Source: Raillietiella orientalis
Taxonomy: Eukaryota
Assembly (NCBI GenBank): GCA_036172245.1
Contig: JAYWIR010000004.1
Location: 2,976,001 to 3,040,000 of the forward strand
Direction of reading: 5' to 3'
DNA length: 64,000 bases
In this document: positions 26,301-40,549 of the stretch, piece after piece
How the letters are laid out: the number at the start of each line of letters is the position of its first letter
How positions within the stretch are numbered: position 1 is the stretch's first letter
The notes under the pieces: generated by a model
The model's database searches: none
The model's input: only the letters and a program-made list of their open reading frames with translations
What the model was told of the DNA's origin: nothing
Program-made: the position numbers and the translations under genes

Positions 26301-27827
26301 TCACGATGGTTGGTTGGTTGCTTGGTTGTTGTTGCTGCTGCTGCTGCTGCTGTTTTCTTTTTTTTTTTTTGTTCTTCCGAGAAATCGTATACGTGGGTAT
26401 GCGTGCATGCAGGCTGCTTCGTAGGAACAATAATTTCGTATTTGTTTTGCAATTTTATTATGTGAGGTCTTTGCTCTTTGATCCACGCACGCTCGCTTCC
26501 CTTTTTCCCTTCAGCCTCTCTCTGGCCTTACTTATCTTCCGATACGCATTTCTTGCTTTTCACGTTTCAGGAGATTCCTTCCTCTTGCGCACCGGAGGAG
26601 ATCCTTCGGTGCACCATGCTGACCACCTCTAAAGGAACCCTCCATTCTACTTTATGTATTGTCATTTCGTTTCCTCTTCTCTGCTTTGAGAGGATTCGCA
26701 TCGTTCCTCACTTCTTTCTTTCTTTTTATTATTATTATTATCAGTCATTTCGTCTTGTAGCATTCACTTAATCAGACATGCGGCCAGCCCGTGACACCGG
26801 GAGGCTCGGCGTACTCGAGCGGCAGTTTCGCATTCTCTTCGGCTGTGATTCTCTTCGGGTCCAGCGACAGAAGAAAGAAGAGGAAGAGGAGGCGAGCGAG
26901 AAATCACAGCGAAGGGGTGTATGTAAGCAGGCCGAGCATTCGGAAATGGGAATCGAACCGGGAATGCCGATCCGAATTCTCTCGAATCATCGAGAGAATA
27001 ATGACGGCAATTAAATAATGTGGACGTAATTTGGAAATTTTCCCCTCTTTCCCTTCGCACACACATCCCTGCCTGCCCAGCACATGGAATAAAGGAGGAA
27101 TCCCTCGGTCCATTTCGGAGGGGGGAGAAGGAAAAAAAAAAAAAAAAAATTCCTTCGCATGTTTATGGTATCCGTACGTGATATGCAATGGGAACAAAAG
27201 ATTGAAAATTGCAAACATCTCTTTGTGTCGGAGGAAAGGCCCGCTGCTCATTGTGTGAATTTGCGATAATCTTCAACAGAATTCTCACAGAATTTCTAAA
27301 TCAGTTCTCATTAGTGCTGACCCTTGTCACCACTCCTACGAGCGTGGGTGGTTAATTCCATTTTAGATTGGCCGGGGGGGGGGGGGATTTTTTCTTTTCC
27401 GTTTTAGATATTTTCTTTGATCGATAGCTGTTCGTATTCCAGCACCACTATTCCGGGAAGGAAAATAGATCGATGGGAAGGAATCAAGGAGAGGAATAAA
27501 TGGGAATCATAAGTGCGTATACGCCGATTTGAAAAACACAACTTTGAAATAAAAAAAAAAAAAAAAATCGCCGTCATAATAAACATGGAGAAAAATTCAG
27601 ATTCGGGAATGATGCTCACCGGCTTATTTGTGGGAAATCTGCTTGAAGGGGAGGGGGAAAAAAGAAGAAGAGGAGGAGGGGGGAGGGAGAGAGAGAGAGA
27701 GAGAGAAGTGGGGGAGGAGAGAAAAAAGCAGGACAAAGTTGGCATAATCTAATTTCTTTATTTGGAATTCACGTAAAACGCCAACTGTACCATATTATTC
27801 CAGGAGTCGAATAAAAAAAAAAAAAAA

Positions 27828-27859
<32 letters not shown>

Positions 27860-29654
27860 AAAAAAAGAAAAAAAAAAGAGCTCGCGGAGGTAAATGAAGC
27901 AACTTTTGTAATTGGGCATTTCGAATACTCGACATGACCCCCCCAGAGAAGAAAGAAAGAAAAAGGTCGCGAATGGCTAAGGAATTACACAGCAATCCGA
28001 ATGCAAGCCGTAATGAGAATCGCCATCTTTTGCGAAATTTTTTCCTCCTTTCTCGAAGCGGTTCTCCGCATGGAAAATAGAATTTCATCGATTTTTTGGA
28101 AGAATACATTAGAAAGTGCAAACATCTGAAACATGCAGCTCTGAATTAACATCTATGATAACACCCCAAGTGATTAATGGTTTCGCATGGAATTGGCGAA
28201 CCCGTATAAAATTGTGGAATGCTTGATAAAAATCGGGAGATCACGTCGAGGAAGAAGAAGCATCGGATGCAGCCGAACGCAGGAAGATGGGAAACTTTTT
28301 TCCAGAAAGCCCGAAAGGTTTCGTCGTCTTGGCTTCGCGATGGCCAGGGGGGTTGCGAAACCGTTTCCATCGCAACTCGGAAACTGCACGACTTTCATCG
28401 GTGGTCGGAAATCCGATTTTCAAAACAAACACGGTGTGTGTGCCTCCATGAATATTCAAAGGAATTTTCATTTTATTTTATTTTATTTTATTTTTTTTTT
28501 TAAAAAAAAAAAAAAAAAATCCCGGAAAACTTGAAGCAATTTCAAGCGCTTCCCAGCCGCGGTTTATGTCCGCGTTTGGATTCATTTCTCTCTGATGATG
28601 ATGATGCAAAGTGGAGATGTTTTCCTTCTTCCTCTAATGGTTATTTATGCTATAACATGATGGAAATATAATTGCATTTTTCCTCCATGCATGGCTGAAT
28701 TTTCATCCCGAATTTACATCAAGTAAACTCGTAAATTCGGTTTTCCGCAGAGCTGAAACGAAATCGCTGCATTTACAGCACGGCAGCTAAATAATAAAAG
28801 AACTCTTTTATTGCGGCCGCTCCGTCGTTTGGCTCGTATTTTGTCGCAGAGTCCATGCAGTCATCAACTGGAGGAGGCAAATCTCGACTGGCTAATGTCA
28901 ATAAAGACGCTGAGTGAATCTTTGGTGAATCACTCAATATCGATGTTGTTCCAGAACCTACTTCCCGGGAGCAGGGAACAGCGCAGTGTGTGTGTGTTTG
29001 TGTGTGTGAGCACACGTCCCGCACCCAAACAACGACGACGAAAGCCGCTCTTCCCTCCCTCCCCCTCCCCGTCTAAATAGAAGCGCCACCCTTCTGTACC
29101 CTTCTGGCACGACCGATTTGCACGACGAGGAAACCCGCAGTGCCCAGGAAAACGTGAGCCCGGCTTGGGAAACTCAATCCCGGGATTCAAAAGAATAGAG
29201 GGAGGTTTCCGTAATCTACGAAAAAATCCTCGCCGGCATCTGATGGAGTGACAGATGGACCGTCGCTCAATATTATTCATGCGAGTTCACGAGAGCAGGG
29301 TACGAGTAGTCAATGATTGGAGGTACACACACACACACACACACACCAACATGATTGGGGGGGGCTGCTGCTTCCCATTTTCACTTTCCCCGTGTAGCTC
29401 CCGACAACCGCTACGGGATGTGGAAAAAACACTGGTGGTGTGCAGCAGCAGCACGGATCTTTCAGAGGTCCGGAGGACTTCGATGCGACTGCATGCATGC
29501 AAACTGAAAAGTCAGTTCACCTGCAGGCTTTTTCTCCCGGCTAGGAAAGCACCAATTTACAGTTTACCGAGGAGGTGCCCCCTCAGCGGGAGGGGGCAAT
29601 CAGCGCATTTTTCGTTTTCAGGCGAAGCCATTTTTGGTTGGAAAAAAAAAAAGG

Positions 29655-29695
<41 letters not shown>

Positions 29696-30949
29696 CACAC
29701 GCACACGTCGTCAGGATCAGCTCGAGATCAATTTTGGAGCGAAGCGCCAATAGCTCGAGGATTTGTTCATCACACACATCTCGGACGCATCAGTTTCCGA
29801 TGAATGCAGCCAAAGCTGAAATGGAACGATCTTCGAGGTTCAGAAGTTCATCCCCGTCTTATTTTATTTTATCAAACTCACACAAAACGGATACACGGAA
29901 TGTACATTGACCTTGACATTCTTACAGTATTTATGTTTACATGTTTTAGTGGTACATGCGGTTAACATTTCCACCAGTGTTTTGGGCTGGAAGAATGCAC
30001 AAACCTCGTGATAAAAGAGTAAATATTTCATTTTTTGCTTCTTTTTTTTTTTTTTTTCGGAAAAAAAAAAAAAAATTAGTGGCGCCGCTATTTCGCTTCC
30101 TCGTTGCAAGGATCGTCCTGGAGAAAATCCGTTTTCCAAGACAAAAGGGACCTTTAGTGATTGTGAATTCAAAGTGCTCCTTCCTAGAAGGCAGAGAGCC
30201 TCCTCGCTGGCCATCTATTTTGTGCGCCTTCGCAAATTCCCATTACTCGTATGACATCGCGAATGAGGAATTTCGCTAAAGAATCTCTAATTTAGTGTCG
30301 AATCACTGCCTGGGATTGCCTGCCCTGTGTGCTCTGATGAATAATAAATAGACAATCACAGAAACAGAGCCGATTTTTTGTGATTTAATTAATAAGCCGA
30401 AAATTCGTTTTTGCCCAGAAGGGAAATTCATTTTCCACGATAAGTGTATTCTAGAAATAATTAGAATCGCGCGTTCTCGCGATGGCGGGCGCTCGCGCGG
30501 CCCGGGCGAAGAGGCCGTCCGAAGACAAAACCAACACTCTCCCCCCCCCCCCCCGGTGCACGCGTGTGCACGAGCCACGTGAGTGTTGTGCACAGCCGTC
30601 CGAATTCAGAGTTTGCTTCCAACTTTTTCGTGCATTACTTCGCTCGGCTGTTTCTTTATTCTTCTCCCCCCCCCCCAACTCCCCTCCTATTAGCTTCAGA
30701 CGGAACACCGGGCTATCTCGAAATACCTACCAAACACTACTGCTCCATTTCGTTTTCTCAGCGTGGAAAACTTTACGTGTATACACAAAGATGAGCTTCA
30801 GCGCTGGAGAAAAAAAACGGAAAATTCTCAGGGAAAGCACGTGTAATCAATCATGTGTACACACACACACACACACAGAAGTAGGTTTTTTCCGATGCTG
30901 AGACTTATCTTTTAGCATCCTTTTCGAAACGGGGTTTGGGCTTGCGGTG

Positions 30950-31280
30950 CAAGCAGAAGATTTCAGCTGCATGTAGAAACGAGAGGAGATTTCGCTCCAT
31001 TTCTTCCCTCTTACATGCAGAATCTTCAGAGTCCGAAATAGCCATGGGACGAAACTGACCTGCCAATGTCATTCCTACAGTTCGGACGATTCCCAACTGC
31101 AGTCCGACTGCTAACATTTCCCTCTCCATGCGTGCCATGGAGGGAAAACCCCTCCTGCCTGATTGTGACCTTATGCATTTCTTGAAGTGACCTTTCCGTC
31201 CCAGATCATTATTTGAGAACCAACCTGGTCTGGCAAGTGCCTCTACGAAAGCGCAAGCCGCGTCGGGAAGACCCTCCACG
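30950..31280 (-). mobile_element. Possible old LINE RT N-terminal fragment
   Basis: GFPS...GQFRPMAISD resembles the FP..WK...YRPIxLL region. Weak. Confidence 0.25.
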
Positions 31281-33399
31281 GATCGGTCACCATTTTTTTT
31301 ACCGAGACTTTTAGAACGTAAGGCTCCGGAAATCGCAAATCACCCGAGTTAGGAAGCATTCCAAAAGTAAAATTTACTTTCGAAACTCCAAACAGTGTCT
31401 TTCAAGAGCCCCCTCCAAAAAAAGAAAATCGATATTCTTCTGAATCGAAAGGAAAAGATTTCACGAACGTGGGAACAGCCGCCGAAGAGCCATCACCTCG
31501 GAGCACTCGCGTATCCTTCCCGTGATCTAAAATCACTGCATCCACTCTAAAGGAAAAAAAGAAAAAAAAAAAGGGTCACACATCGCTTTTCGAAGGAAGC
31601 ATCTTTTGACCGTCGCGGTGCGGTGGCGCTTGCAAGCTGAGCACTAAGGTGTCCACTGGTGGGAATCCTGGAGCATTTCAAATGTCACGAATAGCTGAAT
31701 CCCGCGGGGAGCCCTGGGCCGTCCTGGAGAGCAACAGCATCGTGCGGTGTACCAACGCATGGGAAGGCTGGCGGTGTATTCGGCAAGCGAAAATTCCAAA
31801 GCACCGGCATGGAAGGTTCTTGCTGATGTCCCGCGCAGTTCCGTTTTCAGGCCGACCCCGGGGAATCGTACCGTACGCACCCTCTGTTGTGGTGTGTGTG
31901 TGTGTGTGTGTTCCCCTGTGCTCCATGTCGCGTGTTTCTTGCGAGCCATTCCCCATGTTGGGCCCGCGCCCTTTTCCGAAAGCGATGCGCCCGCCGCCGC
32001 GCGGCCAAGCGCGCTGCTTACCGACGACGGAACTTTTCTTTCTCCTTTCTTTTACCATCATCATCATCAACATCATTTTCGTTACTTTTCCGTCGGCGTG
32101 ATGTTCGCCTTCCGCCGCCGCTTAGCCAAGTTTCGGTGCTTCCATTCGGATTGGTATTAATTACAAGCAACGCGGAGGTGAACTGCCGTCGCCAGGGGAG
32201 GCTCCGCCGTTCCTCAACTTTCTGCCTCCGCGAGCACTCCTACGTGTGGGGGATCCCGGCAAAAGGCAAAGAGGGGAGAGCCTTCCGGCTATCCACAGAG
32301 TGCTGCGGAGGTGCTTGCGGGAGAGAGTATGCTAAACACGTGTCCGTTCCGAAGACAGGAAGGAAGATGTCCACGCTGCTCGGGACACTTCGCCCCGACC
32401 GACCCCTCGGACCCCGTGCAAAAAAAATTGCGACTCCCAGCCAAAAAGGGAGCTGGGGGAATCGATCGCTGTACAGTGGAGCCGGGAGGTTGTGTATGAG
32501 TGAGTGCGTCGCATGAAGCTTTTTATGTGTGTGTGTGCATTTGTGGGCATGTACACATCATGAATGCTTCATGGAGCCCGGTGAACCATTTACGTGATTC
32601 GTATGTGTGTGTGTGTTTACATCGGCGAGCGGTGCATTCCTGTGCGACTGAGAACACTTTCCGTAAAAGTTCCTGTTGGGCTTTGTCTGGGGGGAGGGGA
32701 AGCGATCGATCCCGTAAGCGTTTTACACACGCCTTACTTTGCACCGGCGAGAATTTGATTTCACATCCCATGTCCTTGGAACTTGGTAATTATTTCCTAT
32801 TGAAGTCAGTACCATTGCATCAGGGAATGGTTTTTATTATACGGATTGCAGTACCATCTCGCCGAATGCATATCTCCTGCATGGGAAGGGATGAAGGGGG
32901 AGAGAGGGGGGGGAGGGGGAGGGAACTGCAACTAATTTAGCTTCCCCCCTTAATTGAAGTAAACTCTAAACAGGAATTTTGAGAAGCGAAAGGGGGAAAA
33001 GTTGAAGCAAGCAATCCTTTGTCTTCTCGCTGACATTTTTTTTTTTCTTCTTTCCCCTCTCTCTCTCTCCCCCTCTCTTCCTCCTTTTTTTTTTTGTGTG
33101 TGTGTGTGTATTCCCCCCCCCTCCCCCCCTTTTTTTCTTTTTACCCCTTTTGAACCACATGCCACGGCCGATGTGCCACGGTCTACGCGCGCGCGTCTAT
33201 TTGGGGATGGGTACGCGCGCTCCCTGTTCGATTTTCGTTGGGAATTTCAGCACGTTGCTAATTAGCAGCACACGAAGTGTAACGGAAGTCTTAAGTGTTC
33301 CGGCCTATGCTAATTATCCTCGGAACATGCAAAAGTATATCTGCAGGTCGATCGGTAATTATACATTCTGCTCATTAACAATTTTCGAGACATTCCTTT

Positions 33400-34900
33400 C
33401 CTCCAAGGATGGCGGCCGGCGTTTTCGGATCGCCGTCGCCGGGTCGGCTGCGGCGGGGTCGGGAGAGGGCGTTCATTGGGGGGAGGGGGGCTCCGCCGCC
33501 GCCGTGTGTGCATGCGTGCTCCTCTCCGCTCCCGTCGAACACACCCCGAGTCGTGGGGCAGGGGAAGAGGAGGAAGGAAGGGAAGGGGGCGAAATTTCGT
33601 GGACTTTTTTGGGGGGGAGGGGGGGAAAGGTTCGCAGGAGCACCGTGCCCACCGCACGACTCCGCGCGCCAGTGACGAGGAGCCTTCGCCACGGTTCGCC
33701 GCCATGCTCGTCGTCACAAGGTCCCTGCAGGACGAGGGGCGGCTTGCCCCCCAGGTGGCGCCTCGCCGAACCCTTCCGCCAGAGGTGCAGAAGCCGCCGA
33801 GAGTCCACCTCTTCGGCACGGTTCCCGCCCACCCCATCCCTTCGCAGCCCGGGGACAGCTCGCGATTGGACTTCCGGTGTCTCCCAGAAGGATCGGAAGC
33901 CGTGGAAGCGGAGGCATCAGCGTCAGGAGAAGAAGCAGCATCGGCGTTCTCAGCGGCCACCGCGCCGGAGGGTTGCATTTGCATGTCTGGGGATGCTCCC
34001 CGTCCTCCTCGCGGGATGGTCCAGCTGCTAGCAGCGCTCTGCGACCGGTATCCCCCACCCCTTTTGACCACCGCGACGACCTCCAGGAAGAACTCGGGCG
34101 GCGACACCAAAACAGCGACGCCGGACCCAAAGTCTTCCCGGAGCTGGAGTTCTTCTTCCCGGCGCCGCCCGTGGTGCAACTTGCTCTGGTGCACTGTGCC
34201 CGGGAGCAACGACGGCTCCTTCCAGCAGGCGGCGCAGCTCGCGACTGAACTTCCGGTGTCCTCCAAAAGGATCGGCAGCCGTGGAAACCGCGGCATCAGC
34301 CTCAGGAGCAGCAGCACCGGCGTCCTCAGCGGACGCACGAGCGTCAGCGGGAGCGGGAGACCAGCGACACGGTCAGGACCGGAGTCTCGGCGGAGGCCGA
34401 GAGCACCGGCGGGACTGGAGATGAGTGCTTCACAGTCTGCTGCGCGGGAGCACCAGCATCGGAAGCGTCGCCTCCGGACGAAGGAGCGCCAGAGGTGCAG
34501 AACTATCGACAGGGTCAGCAGGAACGGAGTTGCCAGGAGTGTCGTCTATCTTGCGCAGTGGCCGTGACCTGCTGCTGGTCTTCGCTCCAAGAGGCCCCAT
34601 GAAGGAGCCACCCGGATTCCCTCCTGGCTCCTCCTCCCCCTCCAGGCGTACCTTTCTCGACGTCCTACAACTTCGGCTGGGGCAGCGCCGGAAGGAGAAG
34701 GTCGCAGGCGGCGGCAGCAGGGCGGTTGACAGTCGACTTCGGAAACGGGGAGCGTCGCCACCTGCTGCTGACGGGGAAAAGGAGGGACCCGCAGCACCGG
34801 TGTCCGGACGCCCCGGGTAACTCTCCTCTGGGGCATACGAGTCCCCGTCCTGCTTCGAACAGCGGGAGGGGACGCAGCTTCATACCTTCGCGGGCTCCAG
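33400..34900 (+). mobile_element. ORF1-like remnant, homologous to 55500-57000 (-), with an internal ~105-bp direct repeat
   Basis: DPQHRCPDAPGNSP-LGIR (~34790, one frameshift) aligns with DPAKRSRSVQGKSPILGIR (~55950, minus). Direct repeat at 33856-33960 and 34235-34338. Confidence 0.45.
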
Positions 34901-34999
34901 GGAAAAACCTTAAGGTTCCCCGGGGGGGGGGGGGGCACGGGATCAAGAACCTCTGGAGGGGCCGAGCAGACAGGAAGCCCCCTCGCTCACGCGGGACGA

Positions 35000-35520
35000 C
35001 GCGTTCTTCTGGACTGCAGGCGGGGGAGGTTTTTTCCTCTGGGAGGAGGAGGAATCTCGCCAAGAATCAGGAAGGGACCCTCGTGGGTCCTCCCGGTGGC
35101 AGGACGGCCCGGGTAGGCCAGGGACTCGAGGGAGAGAAGAGGGCAGGGGGACGAGCGGCTCTTTGAGGGCGGCATGCTCCAGGGGGGAGGAAGCGCCCGG
35201 GCGCTCTGCTACTGCTCGAAGACACGCGCTTGAGGGTGGTGGTCCTCGGGCATCCCACCCGGTGGTCTCGGGGTACGCGGGCTGGTGCGGTAACCCTTGA
35301 GCAAATCGAGAAGGGGAGGGCGCGCTCCTCAAGAGGAGACTTCCGCGTCGAAAAAGCAGGAAGTGGGGAACTGCTCGAGGGATCCGCTGCACCCCGCACC
35401 GCCAGCGGGGAGGGAATCGAGTGGGACGGAGGACCCCGATCTGCCCTGCGAGGTAGGGTCGCGATAGCGCCCGGAGAGAGCTGGAGAGGGAGGGAGAGAT
35501 CCTCCAGGCTCCCCCCCCCT
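35000..35520 (-). mobile_element. Degenerate L1-like post-RT fragment (second family)
   Basis: RALSRPYLAGQIGVL resembles LxxPxxxGGLG; compare ARRPTDGGIG at ~58670 (+). Confidence 0.3.
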
Positions 35521-35649
35521 TTTTTTGCGGGGGTGGCCCGAAGCGCCGCCGTTTTGCAGGACTCCGCCGAAGTGGGAGCAGAAATGGGGTGGGTCGGGGG
35601 TAGACTCTCCTGTTCCCACAAGCGGGCTTCGCTCCCTGCTTTCCCGGGG

Positions 35650-36500
35650 CAGCGGGCGCGCGAGAGGCCACGGAGTAGCTTTCTCCCCCCGCCTTCCCGA
35701 GTGGGAAAGCGAAGAGGAGAGAGGGGATCGTCAGAGCTTTGGTATCCCTTCGACCCCTTCCCGCTCGCCTTTCCTTTCGTCTGGTGCTCCCCATCCCGAT
35801 CTCACCCCTCGAAGCGCTCCTGGCGCCTACCGGCGGGCAGGCATCGAGAGACCGTGGCCTCGGGCCGATGCTCAAAGCGGATGCTGTGGGGGCCACTGGG
35901 GACTCCAGGAGAGCGCCAGTGCGGGATGGGGTGAGCAGGAGGGTGCGTCGCCGCCATGGACCCCCCTTTCGCCGTCATGAGGGCCTCTCGGAGACCTCGC
36001 ACCGCCTCTGCCCCCGTCCGCCTCCTGCGAGCAGCGTGCATGGGCCGTCGCGGGCGGCGTCTCATTCCTGCCCCCCGGGAAGGCCTCGGGACTGGAAACG
36101 GAGAGGCCGACGGGGAGGTGGGAGGTGGAGGAAGAGTCCATTCCTCTCAGGAACGCCCCCCCCCCTCCTCTCAGTGCCTTCCTAGACCCGCCCCAGTCCC
36201 CCCCCTCTCCCGCAGTCCGCCTCAGCAGACGATAGGGAAGGGAGAGCGAGATGCAGCGGGACGGCTTGGTTCCTTGCAATCCCGCAAAATGGAACCCGCC
36301 TACCCCAGGACTCGCGCGGAGATGTTGGCGTCCGGGAGAGCTCTCCTGGAGGTTCCCCACGTCCGCGCGATCCTCCGCAGCCGAGGTCGGGCCGCTCCAG
36401 GAGGCGGCTCCTCCTCTGGAGAGGGCCTCTCCCCCCCTCTACCGCCTATGGATCAGGCCCTCCCCGTGAGACCTAGCAGCCCTCCCTGTCTTTTGCCCCT
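35650..36500 (+). mobile_element. Strongly diverged family-A LINE fragment (post-RT region)
   Basis: APVRLLRAA matches VPARLLASR and GLVPCNPAKW matches GWMVCSPANS of the better-preserved copy at 52605-54328. Confidence 0.5.
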
Positions 36501-37739
36501 TTGGAGGCTGGTTCCCGGCGCCGTCAAGGACCGAACCCTCTCCTCCTCCCGGAACCTCCCCGGGAGCGACCACGAGTCCGCCACTTCCGCACCGCCTCTG
36601 GGAGACCCTCACAACCGAGGCTTCTCCTCCTCTTCCACCTCCCTGCTGGTCCCGCTGAGACTGCGCGGGGCGGCTGCGGGAGCGGGGAGATCCCGAAGCC
36701 GCCTTTCTCTCCTCCTTTTCCTTCCCCCCCTCGTTCCTTGAAAACTTCGTGACAGCTTTCGGGAAAAATTTCCAGGGGCTGGAGGAGCGCTCCCATCGAT
36801 TGCGCGAGGACCCTGCCGTGGATTTCTCTTTCCGGGAATATCCGGGAACTCCACGCTTCGCAGCGCTCTTCCTGAGGAAGCGGAGGCACCTCGGAACCGG
36901 GAAAGGTTTCCTCCCCCCCGGAATCCGGGAGCATTCGGATCCGTCTTCCCAGCTCTCTCCTGCACCGGGTTCGCTTGGGAGAGAGCGGCCTCCGGCAGCT
37001 CGACGGCGACTCCAGGGACGTCCTCTGGCTCTGCAGGTGGCGCGGACGCGCCCGACGAAGGGCGGCGATGCCCCACCCTTTAAGGGAGTGGGAGTGGGGT
37101 CAGGTTTCTCGGTTCGCAATCCGGGTCACCGAGAATCCCTCTGGCGCCGCGATGTACCGCGTGTCGCACCGCTCCGGTCCTCTCTGCGCCGTTCACCTTT
37201 TCCCCCATGAATCTCAAGCAGAGGAGGGAGGTCGTGCTTGGATTTCTTCCAGGGAAGCCGGAGAGGGAAGAAGGCGACGGCGGGGCTCCTTCTCCTCCGC
37301 AAACCACGAAGATCCTCCGCAGCGCCCGGAGGCATTCAGGGAACAGACGGGGGTGGCTCAAGATCCACCCCCCTTCCAGGCCCTTCTCCCCTAAGGCCTG
37401 GGGGCAAAGCACAGGAAGGTAAAGAACCGCGCTCCCCACCCTCCCGGCACCCTTCCGACCACGCCCGGCTCGAAAATCGCCAACGACTTCCCTCCTCCTC
37501 CTCAGTTCCCGCCCACGCCGGATCAAAGTAAGGGCATGGGGGGGAGAGAATCCCTTCTGCGGCCGGGAGGAGGAAGAGCAGGAGCAGGGGATGCGGGGTG
37601 CGTTTTCATTCGAAAGGGCGCCACTCTCTCCACGTCCCTTCGAAAGGAGGCGAGGGCGCCGTGCGTGCGTGGAGGCATGAGGTGGGGGGAGGGGCGTGCC
37701 GGAAGGAGGCGATCGCCGCCTTCCATCCCCCCCCCCCGG

Positions 37740-38500
37740 AGCTCAAGGGACCTGCCGGAATGCTGGCACACGGACCCGCGGTGGAGTGGAGTGGAGGGGA
37801 GAAAAAAACAAGTGGGGGGTGGAGGGGAAAAGTGGGGTGGGGTTGGGGAAGTGGTCCTCTGCATCCTTTGAAGGATGCAGGCAGGTTCTGGGTCACGGAG
37901 GTTTTCCCGGGTGGTGCCGTCTCGTCGCCATACTCGTGGAGCGAACGGTCCAGTGGGGGCGTCGTCCTGGCTGCGTCCCCGGCGGCTACTACGACCTGCT
38001 GAGGCATCTGCCGAGGACGCAGCCGGAGGTGGTGCGCCTCTCACTAAAGGGTGTCCAAAAACTCATGCCTGGGGTTGTCCATACCGGAGGTGAGACGTTC
38101 CTCAAGGGACCGGAGGGCAGCATAGCCTGCCAGCAGGTGCAGGAAGGAAGGACGCCCACGTTCCCTACGCCTGCGACAGTTCGGACCCACTCCTCCCTTC
38201 CCGCCTGGGTCGGGCAATGCCGGCGGGCGCCGCACGAAGGGTGGGGAGGGGGGAGGGATTGCAACAGCAGAGACGCCTCTCGCTCATGCCACTCGAAGGA
38301 GAGAGTGCGACTGTTCGGGAGCACCGAGTTGGGCAGTGCCGAATCTTCCCGGAGAGCTTCCAGGGGCTCGTCCCAGCGGAGGAGTCCCTTCTCTCGTCTT
38401 TCCTCGTATGGAGGTCGCCAAGTACTGAAGAGCCGATCGTCTAGGGGCCCACGGAGCCGTCTAACACTGCCCATGTCGCCCGGAGGTGCGCGTAACTCCT
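37740..38500 (-). mobile_element. Diverged family-A LINE 3' fragment
   Basis: KGLLRWDEPL...SRTLSFEWHE...SLLLQSLP; PNCRRRRER..FLHLLAGYAALRSL; ACILQRMQRT at the C-terminus. Confidence 0.7.
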
Positions 38501-39399
38501 CGAGTTATAGAGTACCCCAGGAGGGACAATCCCATGGATTCCATCTCCGGAGGAAGGAAGTCCGTTCCTCTGACTCTTGCGAGGAAACCCTGAAGGAAAT
38601 CACCTCTTCCTTGTTCTCTCCGGTGGGACTCCCTGGAGGGGAAATGACCCCCCCTTTTCTTCACCAAAGGGACCCCCAGGAATGGATTTGCTCCTGGTTG
38701 CTTTCTCCGAAGAGCATCCGAAGGGACGCTTCGGATGCTCTTCTTTCACGCTCTGGAACTGGTTCCACGGTCCTCAATGGAGGATCCCCCTCCTCCCCCA
38801 GGGGTGGAGGGGCGGCTCGATTTTCGCAGTCGGAGGGGAATCCCGAAGGACTCCTTGATTCCTGGAAGGACCCCAGAGAGTCATTGCTATCCCGGAGGCC
38901 GGCCAACGGGGGCATCGGGTTACCGCTAGTGGCGCCGCACTCGAAGCCAACCGAGGACAGCCAGCGCCATCCTGCGAGGAGACTTGAAACCCGCGGCGCA
39001 CCCCCCGTTCTCGGCGTCGACCCTTCCCTCGGGAGGAATTCGAATCTGCGACGCATAGGTACCGCCACGAGCAGAAGCCATGTGGCCGCCAGCGCGAGCC
39101 TTCTTTGGTTGGGGTGCTCGGGGGAGGAAGGGGGTGCCTTCGGCATCGTCGTCGTCATGGGTACCGCGAGCGTCACCACCGCCTCCGCCGCCGCCGTAGA
39201 AATGTCGGCCTTTCCAGCTCGCCTCCCCTTGGCGCGCCGCAGAGGAGAGAGAGGCTGGGACCACGGCAGCGGTGGAGGGCGAGGAGGAGGAAGAGCTCGG
39301 CGACTCTCCCCATGGCAGTCCGTCCTTGTGGCCGCTGCTGCGGGGTGGCGCCTGCGCCAGCGGCGGGCAACCTGGGCGGAGTCCCCGCGCTGAGCCTCT

Positions 39400-39833
39400 C
39401 AGCGCGGGGACCAGGCTACCTCGTTCCGCAGCGAGATCCTCGAGGCGGCAGGGGTGCCACATCTCGCCGTCGCTCGTTCGAGGGACGTGAGGCGAGGCGC
39501 GTGCACCCCCTCTCCCTGAAGACCCCGACCTCAGACCATCCTCAGGGAGGGGGGTGGGCATCGGCGTACCGGCACGCGGCGGCACGTGCGCCGCATCCTA
39601 GCAACGCGCGACAGGTGGGAGCCTGCCCTTCTCTCTCCCCCCTCCTGCTCCGAGGCCCCCTCCAGCCTGCTGGCTTTGCTGGGGGGGGGGGGTCGCAACC
39701 GAGGCGGGTGGCTTTTCGTAGGCGCTCTCTCTGTTGTGTCCGAGACTGGGGGGAGCTGCTGACCTAGCGGTGCACGACGTTCGTCTGCGGGCTCTCCCTC
39801 CACGGAGGGCTCCGGTCCGCAAGATGGCGAATT
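39400..39833 (-). mobile_element. Probable LINE 5'-end remnant, copy 1
   Basis: Shares a 22-nt terminus (one mismatch) and weak flanking similarity with 42950-43422. Confidence 0.35.
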
Positions 39834-40549
39834 CGGTGATGAGGCCGCTCCTTCTCCTCCTCCTCCCGCCGGGGAACGAAAAGGGGGGGGGGGGAATGGG
39901 AGGGAAGGGGAGTGGGGGAATGCTGGTGGACTGAGGATGGGGATGGATGGTTGTAGATGGGAGGCCACGAGAAGCCGCTTCGGGATGACGGCCGCTGGAA
40001 AGAGAAGAGATTCGGGACGGAGGCGGCGCTGTCAGTTGGATTTGGGGACAGGACTGCTGCGGGACTCCGGAAGCTGCTCACGGGTGTCGGGGAAGAGATG
40101 GGGGTGGGCTTGGCCGGGGGTTTCGAGGCGATCAGATACGCGTGGGTCGGGTAGGGGAAGGGGGGGGGGAAGACCGCGACCTTGGCGGTCGGCGGGTCTC
40201 TTGCAGGCCGAGGTCAGCAGAGTAAACACGGCGCTGCTAGGGTGACGGAGGGAAGGAAACCTTTGCTTACGCCGCCGCCCGAGGGAACGGCGGACACGGC
40301 AAGGCGCGAGGAGCGGGAAGGATGGTGGCGCTACCTGTGGGCGGGTCTCGCGTCACCCAGGTGGCTCCTTTGCGGCCACCCTTCCTCGCCGCCAATCAGC
40401 GTCGGGTGGGGCGGTGCAGCCGCTTCCTCCTCCTTTGTTCTTTTTTCCTTGCGGCCGCGCAGCGCCGTTTCCTGCCTTTCCTCCCGGATCCCTGCCGCCC
40501 CCCTCCTCCCTTCCGGGACACGCAGGCGCCGAGTTCCCTCGGCGTCCGC

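Noticed and set aside
500..33150. Many 60-290 aa ORFs with HTHT, CVCV, FFFF or KKKK runs
   Set aside because: Translations of microsatellites and homopolymers.
37696..39393. 565-aa plus-strand ORF
   Set aside because: Stop-poor GC-rich frame antisense to a minus-strand LINE fragment; low-complexity R/S/G/P composition.
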